Numbered from the whole stretch's first letter, positions 50,929-62,400 are shown. The stretch is DNA of 63,566 nt, filler included, from Octopus bimaculoides (GCF_001194135.2; 8 parts of 8 records of this genome joined end to end with filler, not necessarily neighbours in it); one strand, 5' to 3'. Notes: generated from the letters alone by a model not told the origin. Numbers and translations: made by a program.

Positions 50929-53568
50929 CCAGCTTGTTTAGCCAAAAATCTGGGCAAGGCACAACGGACAGACGGTAGGTGATTACAGATGCTATAAACA
51001 CCTGCACCACCTCCGCTCTACACTTCAAGGACAGAGACCTTCCGGACCACTTCCGTACTATGGCTTCCACCTTGTTCACTACCTCGCTCCAATTCTTCTC
51101 CGTCGGAGAGTCTGAACCAAACCAAACTCCAAGCAACTTAACAGGACCATCTGTCCAGTGTCCGACGACACTGGATGATATCGACTTGTTCCTCCAGGTG
51201 CCGAGACGCAAACCGATGGACTTGTCCTTGTTAACTTTTGCTCCAGCCACCGCTTCGTATCTTCGGAGAGNNNNNNNNNNAGGTGCCGAGACGCAAACCG
51301 ATGGACTTGTCCTTGTTAACTTTTGCTCCAGCCACCGCTTCGTATCTTCGGAGAGCATCTTCTACACGAGGTAGTTGTGCTTCTTTAGACACGATGAGAG
51401 TGACGTCGTCAGCATAAGCAGAAGTGAACTTACCGCATCCAATCTCGTTAGGGTTGCTGCCTAACTTCTCCAGCCTCCGCAGCAATGACTCCAGGGCCAA
51501 AACGTACAGGACCGGAGACAAGGGACATCCTTGACGAACAGACCGCTTGATAGAAAACGGCTCCGTTAGGTAACCGTTTATCTTGACGGTGGACTTGATG
51601 CCGCTGTACATAGCGGAAGTCTACCCGCGAAAGCCCGGGTCTATCCCAACCGCTTCGAGGACGGCCTCCAGGTACCGATGGTCTACCCTATCGAATGCTT
51701 TACTTTGGTCTAAGTGGACCAATGCCCCTCCTTTGCCGGCTAATTTCCCAACCCTGTCTAAGGTGTAGCGGAGAAGCTGAAGGTTGTCCTGGATCGACCT
51801 GCCTGGAATTGCACAGGTTTGTGCCTTCCCGACAAGCTTCTCCACGACAGCCGTCAACCTTTTAGCTAACACCTTGGCCAAAATCTTTAACTCTACGTTA
51901 AGTAGAGTTATGGGCCTGTAGTTACTAATGCTATCCCCCTTGCTNNNNNNNNNNNNNNNNNNNNNNNNNNNNNNNNNNNNNNNNNNNNNNNNNNNNNNNN
52001 NNNNNNNNNNNNNNNNNNNNNNNNNNNNNNNNNNNNNNNNNNNNNNNNNNNNNNNNNNNNNNNNNNNNNNNNNNNNNNNNNNNNNNNNNNNNNNNNNNNN
52101 NNNNNNNNNNNNNNNNNNNNNNNNNNNNNNNNNNNNNNNNNNNNNNNNNNNNNNNNNNNNNNNNNNNNNNNNNNNNNNNNNNNNNNNNNNNNNNNNNNNN
52201 NNNNNNNNNNNNNNNNNNNNNNNNNNNNNNNNNNNNNNNNNNNNNNNNNNNNNNNNNNNNNNNNNNNNNNNNNNNNNNNNNNNNNNNNNNNNNNNNNNNN
52301 NNNNNNNNNNNNNNNNNNNNNNNNNNNNNNNNNNNNNNNNNNNNNNNNNNNNNNNNNNNNNNNNNNNNNNNNNNNNNNNNNNNNNNNNNNNNNNNNNNNN
52401 NNNNNNNNNNNNNNNNNNNGCAAAATGCTGGTGAAAAGCCTTTTGCATCTCCTCCTGTCCATAGATCCTGCGTCCCTGCCCGTCAGTTAAAGACTTAATA
52501 CAGGACTTCTTGCCCTTCTGACTCTCCACATGACGTGCCCATCTGGTTACGTTGATACCCTTTCGTTTCCCAGCGCGTAATTTAGCTCTGACTCGGCACC
52601 CTTCATGTTTGGCATTGAGGTGACGGTACAAGACCGTTGTCGCCGCCGTCACTCTGGATGCGGAGCCAGATTCCATTGCCTCATCTAGACTCTTGACTAA
52701 GTCACCCTCTATTCTAGTCCTATCTAAACTTAGCTGATTGCTAAATCTAATGGACTCAAGACAGATGGTTCTCTTGAGAGCGTGCCACCATCTATTATTA
52801 ATGATGGTGCCACATAATGCCCTCTGCACCAACTCATTAATCCGGGTACGGAAAGCTTCGCAAGCCAAAATAGACTTGTTCATTTTCCAATACCAGGGTC
52901 CCTGTCTATGACACTTATCTATATGAACCTCACACGTCACAAGATTGTGATCCGTGTAAGGCACAATACAAAAATGTGGACAGCTAAAGCTATGCTTATC
53001 TCTTTCCTTAACAAAAATTCTGTCTATGTACGATCTGTGTGAGCCGTCGTTATTACTCCACGTCCACTGTGGCACGCTCGGCTCATCCAGTCGGTAGCGG
53101 TCTACTAGATTAAAGCTCTCTAGTAGACCCTTGAGGCAAGGATTCCCTTTCCTATTGGTGGAGCCTACACTATCGACGCGCGCATCGAGAATAGTGTTGA
53201 AGTCCCCTAGCAAAACTACAGTTTTAGACGTCAATAAAAAGTACTCCAGGTTCCGAAAAAAACCCGACTGCCCCTATCCGTTAGGAGTATAGGCAGCTAC
53301 CAACCTGAAGGACTGCTTATTTTTATGTGTTACATCTAGGACGACCAGCCTACCTTCTGGGTCCAGAAAGACAGTACATATCTGTAAGTCCAAGTTTTTC
53401 CTGATAAGGACTGCCACGCCTGCACTTCCCCTCCGGCTCGGAGAAATAAATTTCTCGTAACCATTGAGGAGGGGCGAGAACGCTTCAGGTCCCTTCATCT
53501 TGGACTCGGTGATCACAGCCACATCTATTCTATGTGAAATGAGGTCGTCCAGAAAACAAGCCTGTTTC
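50929..53568 (-). mobile_element. Tx1-clade LINE ORF2 (APE endonuclease plus RT), gapped, two in-frame TAG stops
   Basis: DVAVITES, SAGVAVL, LLGDFN, SYIDRIF, TDH, GPWYWKMN, NYRPITLLN, LDQSKAFDRVDH, SVRQGCPLSP, AYADDVT, GAKVNKDKS. Confidence 0.95.
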
Positions 53569-53704
53569 NNNNNNNNNNNNNNNNNNNNNNNNNNNNNNNN
53601 NNNNNNNNNNNNTTAATTAATTAANNNNNNNNNNNNNNNNNNNNNNNNNNNNNNNNNNNNNNNNNNNNGCCCAACAAATAAAAGACACGGTTTAAACTTT
53701 TGTA

Positions 53705-54062
53705 GACAGACAGTCAGTCAGACAGGCAGGCAGACAGACAGTCAGACAGACAGTCAGACAGACAGACAGACAGATAGATAAATAGATGGATGGATGGATA
53801 GATAGATAGATAGATAGGGAAATTGATAGATAGGGAAATAGATAGATAGGGAAATAGATAGATAGATAGATAGATAGATAGGGAAATAGATAGGTAGGGA
53901 AATTGATAGATAGGGAAATAGATAGATAGGGAAATTGATAGATAGGGAAAGAGATAGATAGGGAAATTGATAGATAGATAGATAGATAGATAGGGAAATT
54001 GATAGATAGGGAAATAGATAGATAGGGAAATCGATAGATAGATAGATAGGGAAATAGATAGA
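53705..54062. repeat. Compound (GACA)n then (GATA)n/GATAGGGAAAT(A/T) microsatellite
   Basis: Read directly from the sequence. Confidence 0.95.
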
Positions 54063-54582
54063 TACATTTCTTTTATTAGCCACACAGGGCTCAACGAAGA
54101 TGGGACAAATACAATGTAGAGCTTTTCTTTTTGGGAGGGGGAAGGGAAAAGAAAAAAAGGGGAGGGGGTCGATCAAAAAGGATCGTAGGAAGGGAAAAAG
54201 GGGGGAGTTCTATCAAAAGGGATCGAGAGAAAAAAAAAAAAAAAAAAAGACCGATCAATAGGGATCGTGTATCATACAGTAATGTTCTCGTGTAAAAAGA
54301 GGGGAGGACAGTTTAGGTTTAGCCGTGGAAAGAAAAGCCTGGTCAATATTCTCATTGAAGAAACTATAACAGTAAGTGACTCTCTTTTGTCTTTTTGTTT
54401 TATTTTTTTTTCTTGGATTTTTTTCTAGTTCATAGGGTTCACACGTGCCATCCTTGCCGGCATCTCGTCAGGTCGGCCCCGTGTTTCTCGAGCCATGCCT
54501 GTAGAGCTTATCCCGAACGGGTAGTGCTTCTCGATAGCACTGCCAGGCCAGGGATCTCTGGAAGTTGTCCATAGGTCCCGGT
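54063..54582 (-). mobile_element. 5'-truncated, internally deleted Tx1-like copy bounded on both sides by (TATC)n
   Basis: GPMDNFQRSLAWQCYREALPVRDKLYRHG fused to terminal ARMARVNPMN* (stop at 54425), then a 3' UTR ending GGCTAATAAAAGAAATG. Confidence 0.75.
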
Positions 54583-54618
54583 AGATAGATAGATAGGGAA
54601 ATAGATAGATAGATAGAT

Positions 54619-54670
54619 AACGTTCTTTTATTAGCCATACAGGGTTGTACACAGAAGGGACAAATACAAT
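54619..54670 (-). mobile_element. 3' tip of another copy of the same Tx1-like family
   Basis: TTCTTTTATTAGCCATACAGGG...GGGACAAATACAAT parallels 54067-54113. Confidence 0.7.
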
Positions 54671-55504
54671 TACTCTTTTACTTGTTTCAGTCACTTGACC
54701 GCAGCCATGCTGCAGCACCGCCTCTAGTCGAACCAAATCGACCCCAGGACCCACTCTTTGTAAGCCCAGCACTCACTCCAACAGATTCGTTATGCGAATT
54801 CGTGTGTTGAAACAAGTTAAACAAAGAATTGATTAGTCGGTTGAATATTTAAACAATTGACTAATAAATAAAGGAGTGGAATTGAACCAGAGCATGTGTT
54901 ATAAATATTGGCATAATGACTCTCCGTAGATCATAAAATAGCAATAATAAAGATGAAGTGAAGAACATATAGTGCGTGTGTTTATTTGGCAAAAAGGAAA
55001 ACGACCGTCCCGACGTATAGCAATAATTTTTAACTAAAATAAAGTTATCTCCCCCTAGACCGTATTTCATTAAACTCTATCGCGTCTTCTGTGCGTGTGT
55101 GTTACTTTATCTTTCCCTCTCTCTTTCTTTCTCTTATACATTACTCTCATTATTCAATCTTTTTCTCTTTGTCTTTCTCTCATCCTCTCGCTCTCTTTAT
55201 CCTTATTCTTTCTCCCTTCTCACACCCTCCCTATTAAGTTTCATCTTCTCCCTCTCCTCCCCTTTTTCCCCCCTCTATCACGAATACCGATACATGATAC
55301 GGTCGATCGTCATTACTACCCCTTCACTCTTCCCCTTCTCTCACTTTTACTGCTATAGCAACAGTTTATATATATAGAGAGAGAGGGAGAGGGGGGAGAG
55401 AAAGAAACAGACAGATAGAGATAGAGAGGGAGCATGAAAGAGACAGACAACGAGTGACTCAGAAAAAGAGAGAGAGAGAAGGAGAAACGTCTCTATTACA
55501 CAGA

Positions 55505-55642
55505 AGCCGTGGAAGTGACGGAGGTTGACAACTTTAGTATAGCGGGTTAGAGAATTTCAACCAATCAGCTGCCGCCTTGCTATTCACTTCCTTCCGAATA
55601 TGTCTTCTGCATGTGTTCGATAGTCAGCGAATTTTTGTAAGT
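55505..55642 (+). promoter_or_regulatory. Candidate Pol II promoter with possible non-coding first exon
   Basis: GGAAGTGACG (55511), AACCAATCAG (55559-55568), CACTTCC (55585), GTAAGT (55637). Confidence 0.4.
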
Positions 55643-55820
55643 ATCCGCCGATCATGGACACATTTTATTCCTTCTCCTCCTTAAATTATTCCATATTTTA
55701 TTGATCTCATGTCTTGTATTCTTCCTTATATCGTTCCGCGTGCCATTATGTCGTTTTATTTCTTAAAAGGACGGCGATCCCATTTTCAATGTATAGATAT
55801 ACACATATATACACACATAT

Positions 55821-55851
<31 letters not shown>

Positions 55852-55952
55852 TNNNNNNNNNNNNNNNNNNNNNNNNNNNNNNNNNNNNNNNNNNNNTTAA
55901 TTAATTAANNNNNNNNNNNNNNNNNNNNNNNNNNNNNNNNNNNNNNNNNNNN

Positions 55953-56271
55953 CAAAAAATTGTGCTCCCGAGTTCTGTAGGCAACAACATTGAATGAACT
56001 GGCCGCTGGCTAAGACATACTTATAACTCCCATGTCCCTCACCCACTCCGATACGACCTACAAGTTTAAACAGATGCAATTTCCCATCAAACTCTGCTTT
56101 CCCATGACAATCAACAAGGCGCAGGGACAATCAGTGCAAGCGGTTGGTTTGCATCTGACAGAGCAAGTATTCTCACACGCACAACTGTACATTGGCTGTC
56201 CCTATGGTCTTTCTATTTGTGCACCCGAGGGAAGGACGAAGAATGTTGTCTACCAAGAGGCACTCCAATGA
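55953..56271 (+). mobile_element. Helitron RepHel PIF1-helicase C-terminal fragment
   Basis: FKQMQFPIKLCFPMTINKAQGQSVQAVGLHLTEQVFSHAQLYIGC..GRTKNVVYQEAL*. A possible CTAG|T end at 56506-56510 is weak. Confidence 0.9.
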
Positions 56272-56534
56272 TAACAACGGCAACTTCAATTGCTCCAATT
56301 TCAACTCCACAATTTTTTCATCGTCCTGCCAGCCCACGTAAGTCCAGCCTTGCTTTGCTCTCTTTACTAACTCACCATGACATTCTTTTTTTTTTCTACC
56401 AAGATCTGTCATCCAAACACCACTTCGTATCTACTTCTTCCTCTTTTTTATGTCTTCATTTCTCTCTTCGTGTCTTCTCTGACCAGATGAAATTGATTTA
56501 AGCTGCTAGTATATAATATATATATATATATATA

Positions 56535-57166
56535 AAACATAATTAGAGGATAAAATCATTAAAATTAATGAATTTTATTTTAATCAGTGGCCAGCACATA
56601 AAAACCTTTTAAGTAAAACACATTTACAGAGATATATAACTGTATAGGGTACCATTTAAGGGCACAAAAGCTATGATGTTTATATGCTGAAAGAATGCGC
56701 TGAATACGTCCTACCACTTCAAATATTCACTCTACAATTAAATACACAGGTTGTAAGTGAGGTTGTAAGCCTACTGGCTGGCTAAAAAATTCATAAAACG
56801 ATTCAGTTCGTTTCAGATTGATCAATTTCCAGATTAGTTTACCAACTTTCCCTTCCTCAGCAAAACACACTGAGCGAAACAAATGAAAATATTCATACAT
56901 ACTCTTAATTGTTTCACGAATGTTTTAGCCAGCCTACTTTCCCGCTTACAACCTGTGTATTTAGTTGTCAAGTGAATATTTGAAGTGGTAGGACGTATTC
57001 GGTGCATTCTTTCAGCATATAAGCATAATAGCTTTTGTGTCCTTAAGTATAATTGTACCTGATATTATTATATACCTCTATGAATGTATTTTACCTAAAA
57101 GGTTTTTATATGCTGGTCACTGATAAGATTCATTAATCTTAATGATTTTATCCTCTAATTATGTTT
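56535..57166. repeat. Foldback element with ~260-bp inverted arms, plus a partial third copy at about 57300-57510
   Basis: 56535-56802 is the reverse complement of 56909-57166, about 90% identical in the segment compared by eye. Confidence 0.92.
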
Positions 57167-57828
57167 AAAATATAACACATTCACTTTGGATAAGTTTATC
57201 TACCTCTAAACTATACTTACCAAATACGTGTTGAGGTAGACTGTGAAATACAATGCATATATATTTGAGAATATCTATTTGTACTTACATTTTTGCGTAT
57301 ACTTTTCTGAGGGTATGTATAAATATTTTCATTCATTTTGTCCAGAAATTGATCAATCCAAAACTAAATGAATTGTTTTATGAATTTCTTAGCCAACCTA
57401 CTTTCCCACTTACAACCTGTGTACAATAGCTTAATAGCTTAAAAGCATAATAGCTTTTGTGCCGTTAAGTATAATTGTACACTATACAGTTATATATCTC
57501 TGTATCTCTATATCTAGCTATATATATATATATATCCCACACGGATAGGAAAGTCTTCTTTTTTCCGTCGTTATCTTATATGCTCCTTTGTTAGACTATC
57601 TTCCTTGGTCATTGCACACTGATCACCATAAGCTTTCTGCTTATATAAAAATACCATTGTTGTTATTTACTAGATTGTAAACTCAGTGCCGTATAAAAAA
57701 GAAACCATACACACCAAAAGCATATGTATATATATATAGCTGAAATTTATAGAAAAACAAAAGATGAATACAAGTGTATGAACAACAAGCAAGTGTATTA
57801 GTTTGACGCTTGGGAAAAATGAAAAAGT

Positions 57829-57864
57829 CTTTTACGTTTCGAGCCTACGCTCTTCAACAGAAAG
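57829..57864 (-). ncRNA. Minimal type I hammerhead-ribozyme-like motif with variant core
   Basis: cttt-CTGTTGA-A-GAGC-GTAG-GCTC-GAAAC-GTA-aaag. 4-bp stem I and 4-bp stem II intact, core A6 replaced by U. Confidence 0.6.
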
Positions 57865-58267
57865 GAATAAGAGAAAATAGACAGAGAGAGAATGAAAAAA
57901 CTTGTAGCTTTCATTGGTCCAGTATGAAAATCTCAACTATATGTTATACGCTCATGTGGTCACCCCAGTTTGAATGCACTTTATGGACGCGAAACCCTGA
58001 GTAATCCTATAAACTGGCCTTATCTAACTTTGTTTATATCATATATANNNNNNNNNNNNNNNNNNNNNNNNNNNNNNNNNNNNNNNNNNNNNNNNNNNNN
58101 NNNNNNNNNNNNNNNNNNNNNNNNNNNNNNNNNNNNNNNNNNNNNNNNNNNNNNNNNNNNNNNNNNNNNNNNNNNNNNNNNNNNNNNNNNNNNNNNNNNN
58201 NNNNNNNNNNNNNNNNNNNNNNNNNNNNNNNNNNNNNNNNNNNNNNNNNNNNNNNNNNNNNNNNNNN

Positions 58268-58344
<77 letters not shown>

Positions 58345-58675
58345 ATCATCTAAAAGTTAGAGTAGTAAAATATTTATATGTAGTTAAGTCTATGTCCACT
58401 CATTGAGTGGCCAATGGTTCAGCATCCACCAAGGGCTTAGCCCTATGGATGGCTTATAAGACTCTAAAGCCGAAGGCATATAAGTCTTCTACTGTGGGAG
58501 GCAGGAATCCATTATGGTCAGTTAGTAAGTAAACAAAGAATAAACAATCTGGGTCAGCTAGGACAGGTTATCTCCCTTAGACCAGTCCATGTAGGTAAAA
58601 AAAAAAGTGGGGAACTGGGAATTTCGCCCTTAGGCTGCTTTTAGTTCATAAGGACCTTTTTAGATCTAATCAATG

Positions 58676-58968
58676 AATGGGGAATCCCATGCTTGCAGCT
58701 GGTAGCATTTGTAATGGCTGCAGAGGCTGTAAGTTTCTTGCCGTGAGTTCAGTAATTCTGGTTTCAGCGAATCTTTGAGGATCCTTACTCGCTCAGCTAT
58801 GCAAAGCTTGCAGTGTCTGCTCCTATTAATATAGGATCCCAGCTGCTTTATGACCCTCCACTTGATATCATATGGGATGCCTTCATCTTTGAGGCACCAC
58901 ATGTGGCTTGCCAGAAATGTGATGAATTGCTTTTCTGGAATCCTGAAACAGAATGTGTGATTGTTCAA
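58676..58968 (-). mobile_element. Penelope-like GIY-YIG C-terminal fragment
   Basis: NNHTFCFRIPEKQFITFLASHMWCLKDEGIPYDIKWRVI..CKLCIAERVRIL..LLNSRQE..CSH. Confidence 0.85.
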
Positions 58969-58999
58969 GCTTCTTACCACACAGCCACGCCTGTGTCCA

Positions 59000-59130
59000 T
59001 AATTAGATGTCATTAAGAATTGTATTAAAAAATTGCTGAAATATTTGGTGTATTGAGGAAGTGTAACCAATTTTATTGCACTTAAATTTTAACAACAAAA
59101 TCTTATATGGACCCTAGTTAAGAACCACTG
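59000..59130 (-). mobile_element. Truncated copy of the 21438-21756 hAT MITE family
   Basis: CAGTGGTTCTTAAC...CCATATAAGATTTTGTTGTTAAA shared with 21438-21565. Confidence 0.8.
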
Positions 59131-59217
59131 AGCTAAGACATCTACATCAAACCAGGTAAAAGGGAACCAAATGGAAAACAAGATCTGTGAAAACAAGAGG
59201 ACCAGAAGGCTGCTTAC

Positions 59218-59349
59218 CTTAAACAATGCATCAGTGTCTGCTAGCGCCTGCTTCGCAAGGTACCGTTCTCTCTTGATCTTCTGTTCCAGACTTTCTGGTA
59301 CATCCGGTACCGCAAAATCAATGAGTTTAAATGTGCTGAATACTATGTG
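59218..59349 (-). CDS. Anoctamin (TMEM16) family exon near the C-terminus (132 nt, phase 0-0)
   Basis: ccacag|CAC...AAG|gtaagc encodes HIVFSTFKLIDFAVPDVPESLEQKIKRERYLAKQALADTDALFK, matching the anoctamin post-TM10 PDxPxxxxxKIKRExYLAKQAL motif. Subfamily not assignable. Confidence 0.92.
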
Positions 59350-59529
59350 CTGTGGATGTCGGGGAGGAATAAAAGAAAGAAAGAAGAAACATTGCAGCAT
59401 TGTGACTGGCAGAAAAGTGCAATCTTGTATTCCGCAAGAATCTTAAAACAGATTATTGAGGTTTGAGGTGACTTGTCCTCACCAAGCCTCAAGACAATAT
59501 CCCTGCTAAATAACATAGCATGGAATAGT

Positions 59530-59733
59530 TGTGACAATAATAATAATAATAATCCTTTCTACTAAAGGCACAAGGCCTGAAACTTTTAAGGGAAGGAACT
59601 ATTCAATTACATTGCTACTTAATTTATTGACACCAAAAGGACGACAGGATAAGTCAACCTTGGTGGAATTTGAACTCAGAATGTAAAGACACATTTAGCT
59701 CAGTGTGCTAACAATTCTGCCAGTTCACTGCCT

Positions 59734-59735
<2 letters not shown>
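59530..59735 (-). mobile_element. SINE family E followed by long (AAT)n
   Basis: AATCCTTTCTACTAAAGGCACAAGGCCTGAA...GGAATTTGAACTCAG...CTGCCAG. Confidence 0.75.
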
Positions 59736-59808
<73 letters not shown>

Positions 59809-59813
59809 TGATG

Positions 59814-59847
<34 letters not shown>

Positions 59848-59968
59848 TAATAATAATAATAATAATAANNNNNNNNNNNNNNNNNNNNNNNNNNNNNNNN
59901 NNNNNNNNNNNNTTAATTAATTAANNNNNNNNNNNNNNNNNNNNNNNNNNNNNNNNNNNNNNNNNNNN

Positions 59969-62130
59969 CAGCATCTCCGCGGCCCCTTTGGTTCGCACCC
60001 TCCACTCATTGGTGATGATTGCCATCACCCAACCAAACACAGTGACCGAATCGGTCCTAATTTCGATGGTGCGCAGCCCCCACTTCAAGGCCAGGTTCAC
60101 CCTCTTCAGCACGGCATCCAACTCCACCACATTGATATGGTTGCAGTCATCCATCTTCCTGAGCCATGCTGCATCTTCCACCACGGTGCCTCCCATTTCT
60201 AAGACAATCCCTATAACGATGCTACTGGCGTCACACCAAACAATCCCATTCTTTGATTTGGGAACATACCAACTGCCCCTCACTGGATCCTCTGCATCAT
60301 GTCGGTCGTTTTCTCCCCCACTCTGTCATTCCACTTTGCTCCTTCAGCTCGTCTCTTGATGAAGCTACATGCTGTCCGGAGCCATCCTGCAACCGGGTAG
60401 TATCCCACCAGCTTCCCACACACCGAGAACAGTTCCCGTCTACTCACGCTGGTGCCCAGTTCGGGGATCTTGTTCCCTCACCGAAACACCAACGCGCCGG
60501 CCTTGTCTCTCTGTAGCCTGAGGCNNNNNNNNNNNNNNNNNNNNNNNNNNNNNNNNNNNNNNNNNNNNNNNNNNNNNNNNNNNNNNNNNNNNNNNNNNNN
60601 NNNNNNNNNNNNNNNNNNNNNNNNNNNNNNNNNNNNNNNNNNNNNNNNNNNNNNNNNNNNNNNNNNNNNNNNNNNNNNNNNNNNNNNNNNNNNNNNNNNN
60701 NNNNNNNNNNNNNNNNNNNNNNNNNNNNNNNNNNNNNNNNNNNNNNNNNNNNNNNNNNNNNNNNNNNNNNNNNNNNNNNNNNNNNNNNNNNNNNNNNNNN
60801 NNNNNNNNNNNNNNNNNNNNNNNNNNNNNNNNNNNNNNNNNNNNNNNNNNNNNNNNNNNNNNNNNNNNNNNNNNNNNNNNNNNNNNNNNNNNNNNNNNNN
60901 NNNNNNNNNNNNNNNNNNNNNNNNNNNNNNNNNNNNNNNNNNNNNNNNNNNNNNNNNNNNNNNNNNNNNNNNNNNNNNNNNNNNNNNNNNNNNNNNNNNN
61001 NNNNNNNNNNNNNNNNNNNNNNNNNNNNNNNNNNNNNNNNNNNNNNNNNNNNNNNNNNNNNNNNNNNNNNNNNNNNNNNNNNNNNNNNNNNNNNNNNNNN
61101 NNNNNNNNNNNNNNNNNNNNNNNNNNNNNNNNNNNNNNNNNNNNNNNNNNNNNNNNNNNNNNNNNNNNNNNNNNNNNNNNNNNNNNNNNNNNNNNNNNNN
61201 NNNNNNNNNNNNNNNNNNNNNNNNNNNNNNNNNNNNNNNNNNNNNNNNNNNNNNNNNNNNNNNNNNNNNNNNNNNNNNNNNNNNNNNNNNNNNNNNNNNN
61301 NNNNNNNNNNNNNNNNNNNNNNNNNNNNNNNNNNNNNNNNNNNNNNNNNNNNNNNNNNNNNNNNNNNNNNNNNNNNNNNNNNNNNNNNNNNNNNNNNNNN
61401 NNNNNNNNNNNNNTCCAGTGCCACTCCACTGTCCACCTCTGGCCATCGAAGGCAGCACGAAAATCCTAGTCTTCAATGGTGTGCGCGGCATAGTTTTCTT
61501 TGCGGTTCTCACCAAAGCATGGTGTCGCCATACACGGTTTCCCCGCGAACCCGAAAGTCACACCGGCCTTGTTAACAGTGACACCTCCTAAACGGGTGAG
61601 TGCATCCGCCCCATCACCACGTCAATCTCATCCACCAAGTGGCCAACTACAATTGCTTGCAGCGTCAGCTTTGTTCCCTGCACCTCAATCTGCATGTCTG
61701 TAATGCCTTCACAGCGTACCTCTCTTCTGTCGACTGCCCTTACCCTGCTTCCTCCACTCCACGTCTCTACCACTCCCGGAGTGATCAGACTCGTTGTACA
61801 GCCTGTGTCCACGAGGGCTTGCGACATCTTCCCCTCCACCAGCACGTCAACAACGGGTAGCAACAAACGTGCCTCTATTGATCCAAAGGGATGACCACTG
61901 GTGCAGTAGTCTCCCTTAGATCGTTTCCCTTCAGACATTCGCTGGCTATATGTCCCGTTTCTCGACAACGGTAGCAAATGACCTCAGGCTTGGGTAACTT
62001 GCAGTCTCGCACCATGTGCTGGCCCTGACACCGGAAACACTGTCCTTTGAACGGTCGCACACGTTCCTTGTTCGACACCTCTACTCCTTGATCGGCCACC
62101 TTTTGCTGTTGCAGTTGCTGCCAACGGCGT
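59969..62130 (-). mobile_element. Gypsy-like LTR retrotransposon internal region (gag knuckles, protease, RT remnant, RNase H), gapped
   Basis: CFRCQGQHMVRDC and CYRCRETGHIASEC, ALVDTGCTTSLI, DFRAAFDGQRWTVEWHW, RELFSVCGKLVGYYPVAGWLR, WCDASS..HINVVELDAV..TDS. Confidence 0.88.
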
Positions 62131-62230
62131 NNNNNNNNNNNNNNNNNNNNNNNNNNNNNNNNNNNNNNNNNNNNTTAATTAATTAANNNNNNNNNNNNNN
62201 NNNNNNNNNNNNNNNNNNNNNNNNNNNNNN

Positions 62231-62400
62231 AAAGGTATGTTTCTGCCAATGTTTGCAACGATAAACGCGTTCTATAAACGCGTTTACAAGGGGATTCTCT
62301 GAGAACAGGATAAAGTACATTTCTCTGTTACAAAGCGAACAAAATGATTTACCATTATCATACGGTAAAGAAATAGAGAGAATATTCCATTCCAAACCAA
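62231..62400 (-). mobile_element. Penelope-like GIY-YIG C-terminal fragment
   Basis: WNILSISLPYDNGKSFCSLCNREMYFIL..LVN..RCKH. Confidence 0.75.

Noticed and set aside
51199-51351. Duplicated Tx1 RT segment across a 10-N gap
   Set aside because: Contig-end overlap.
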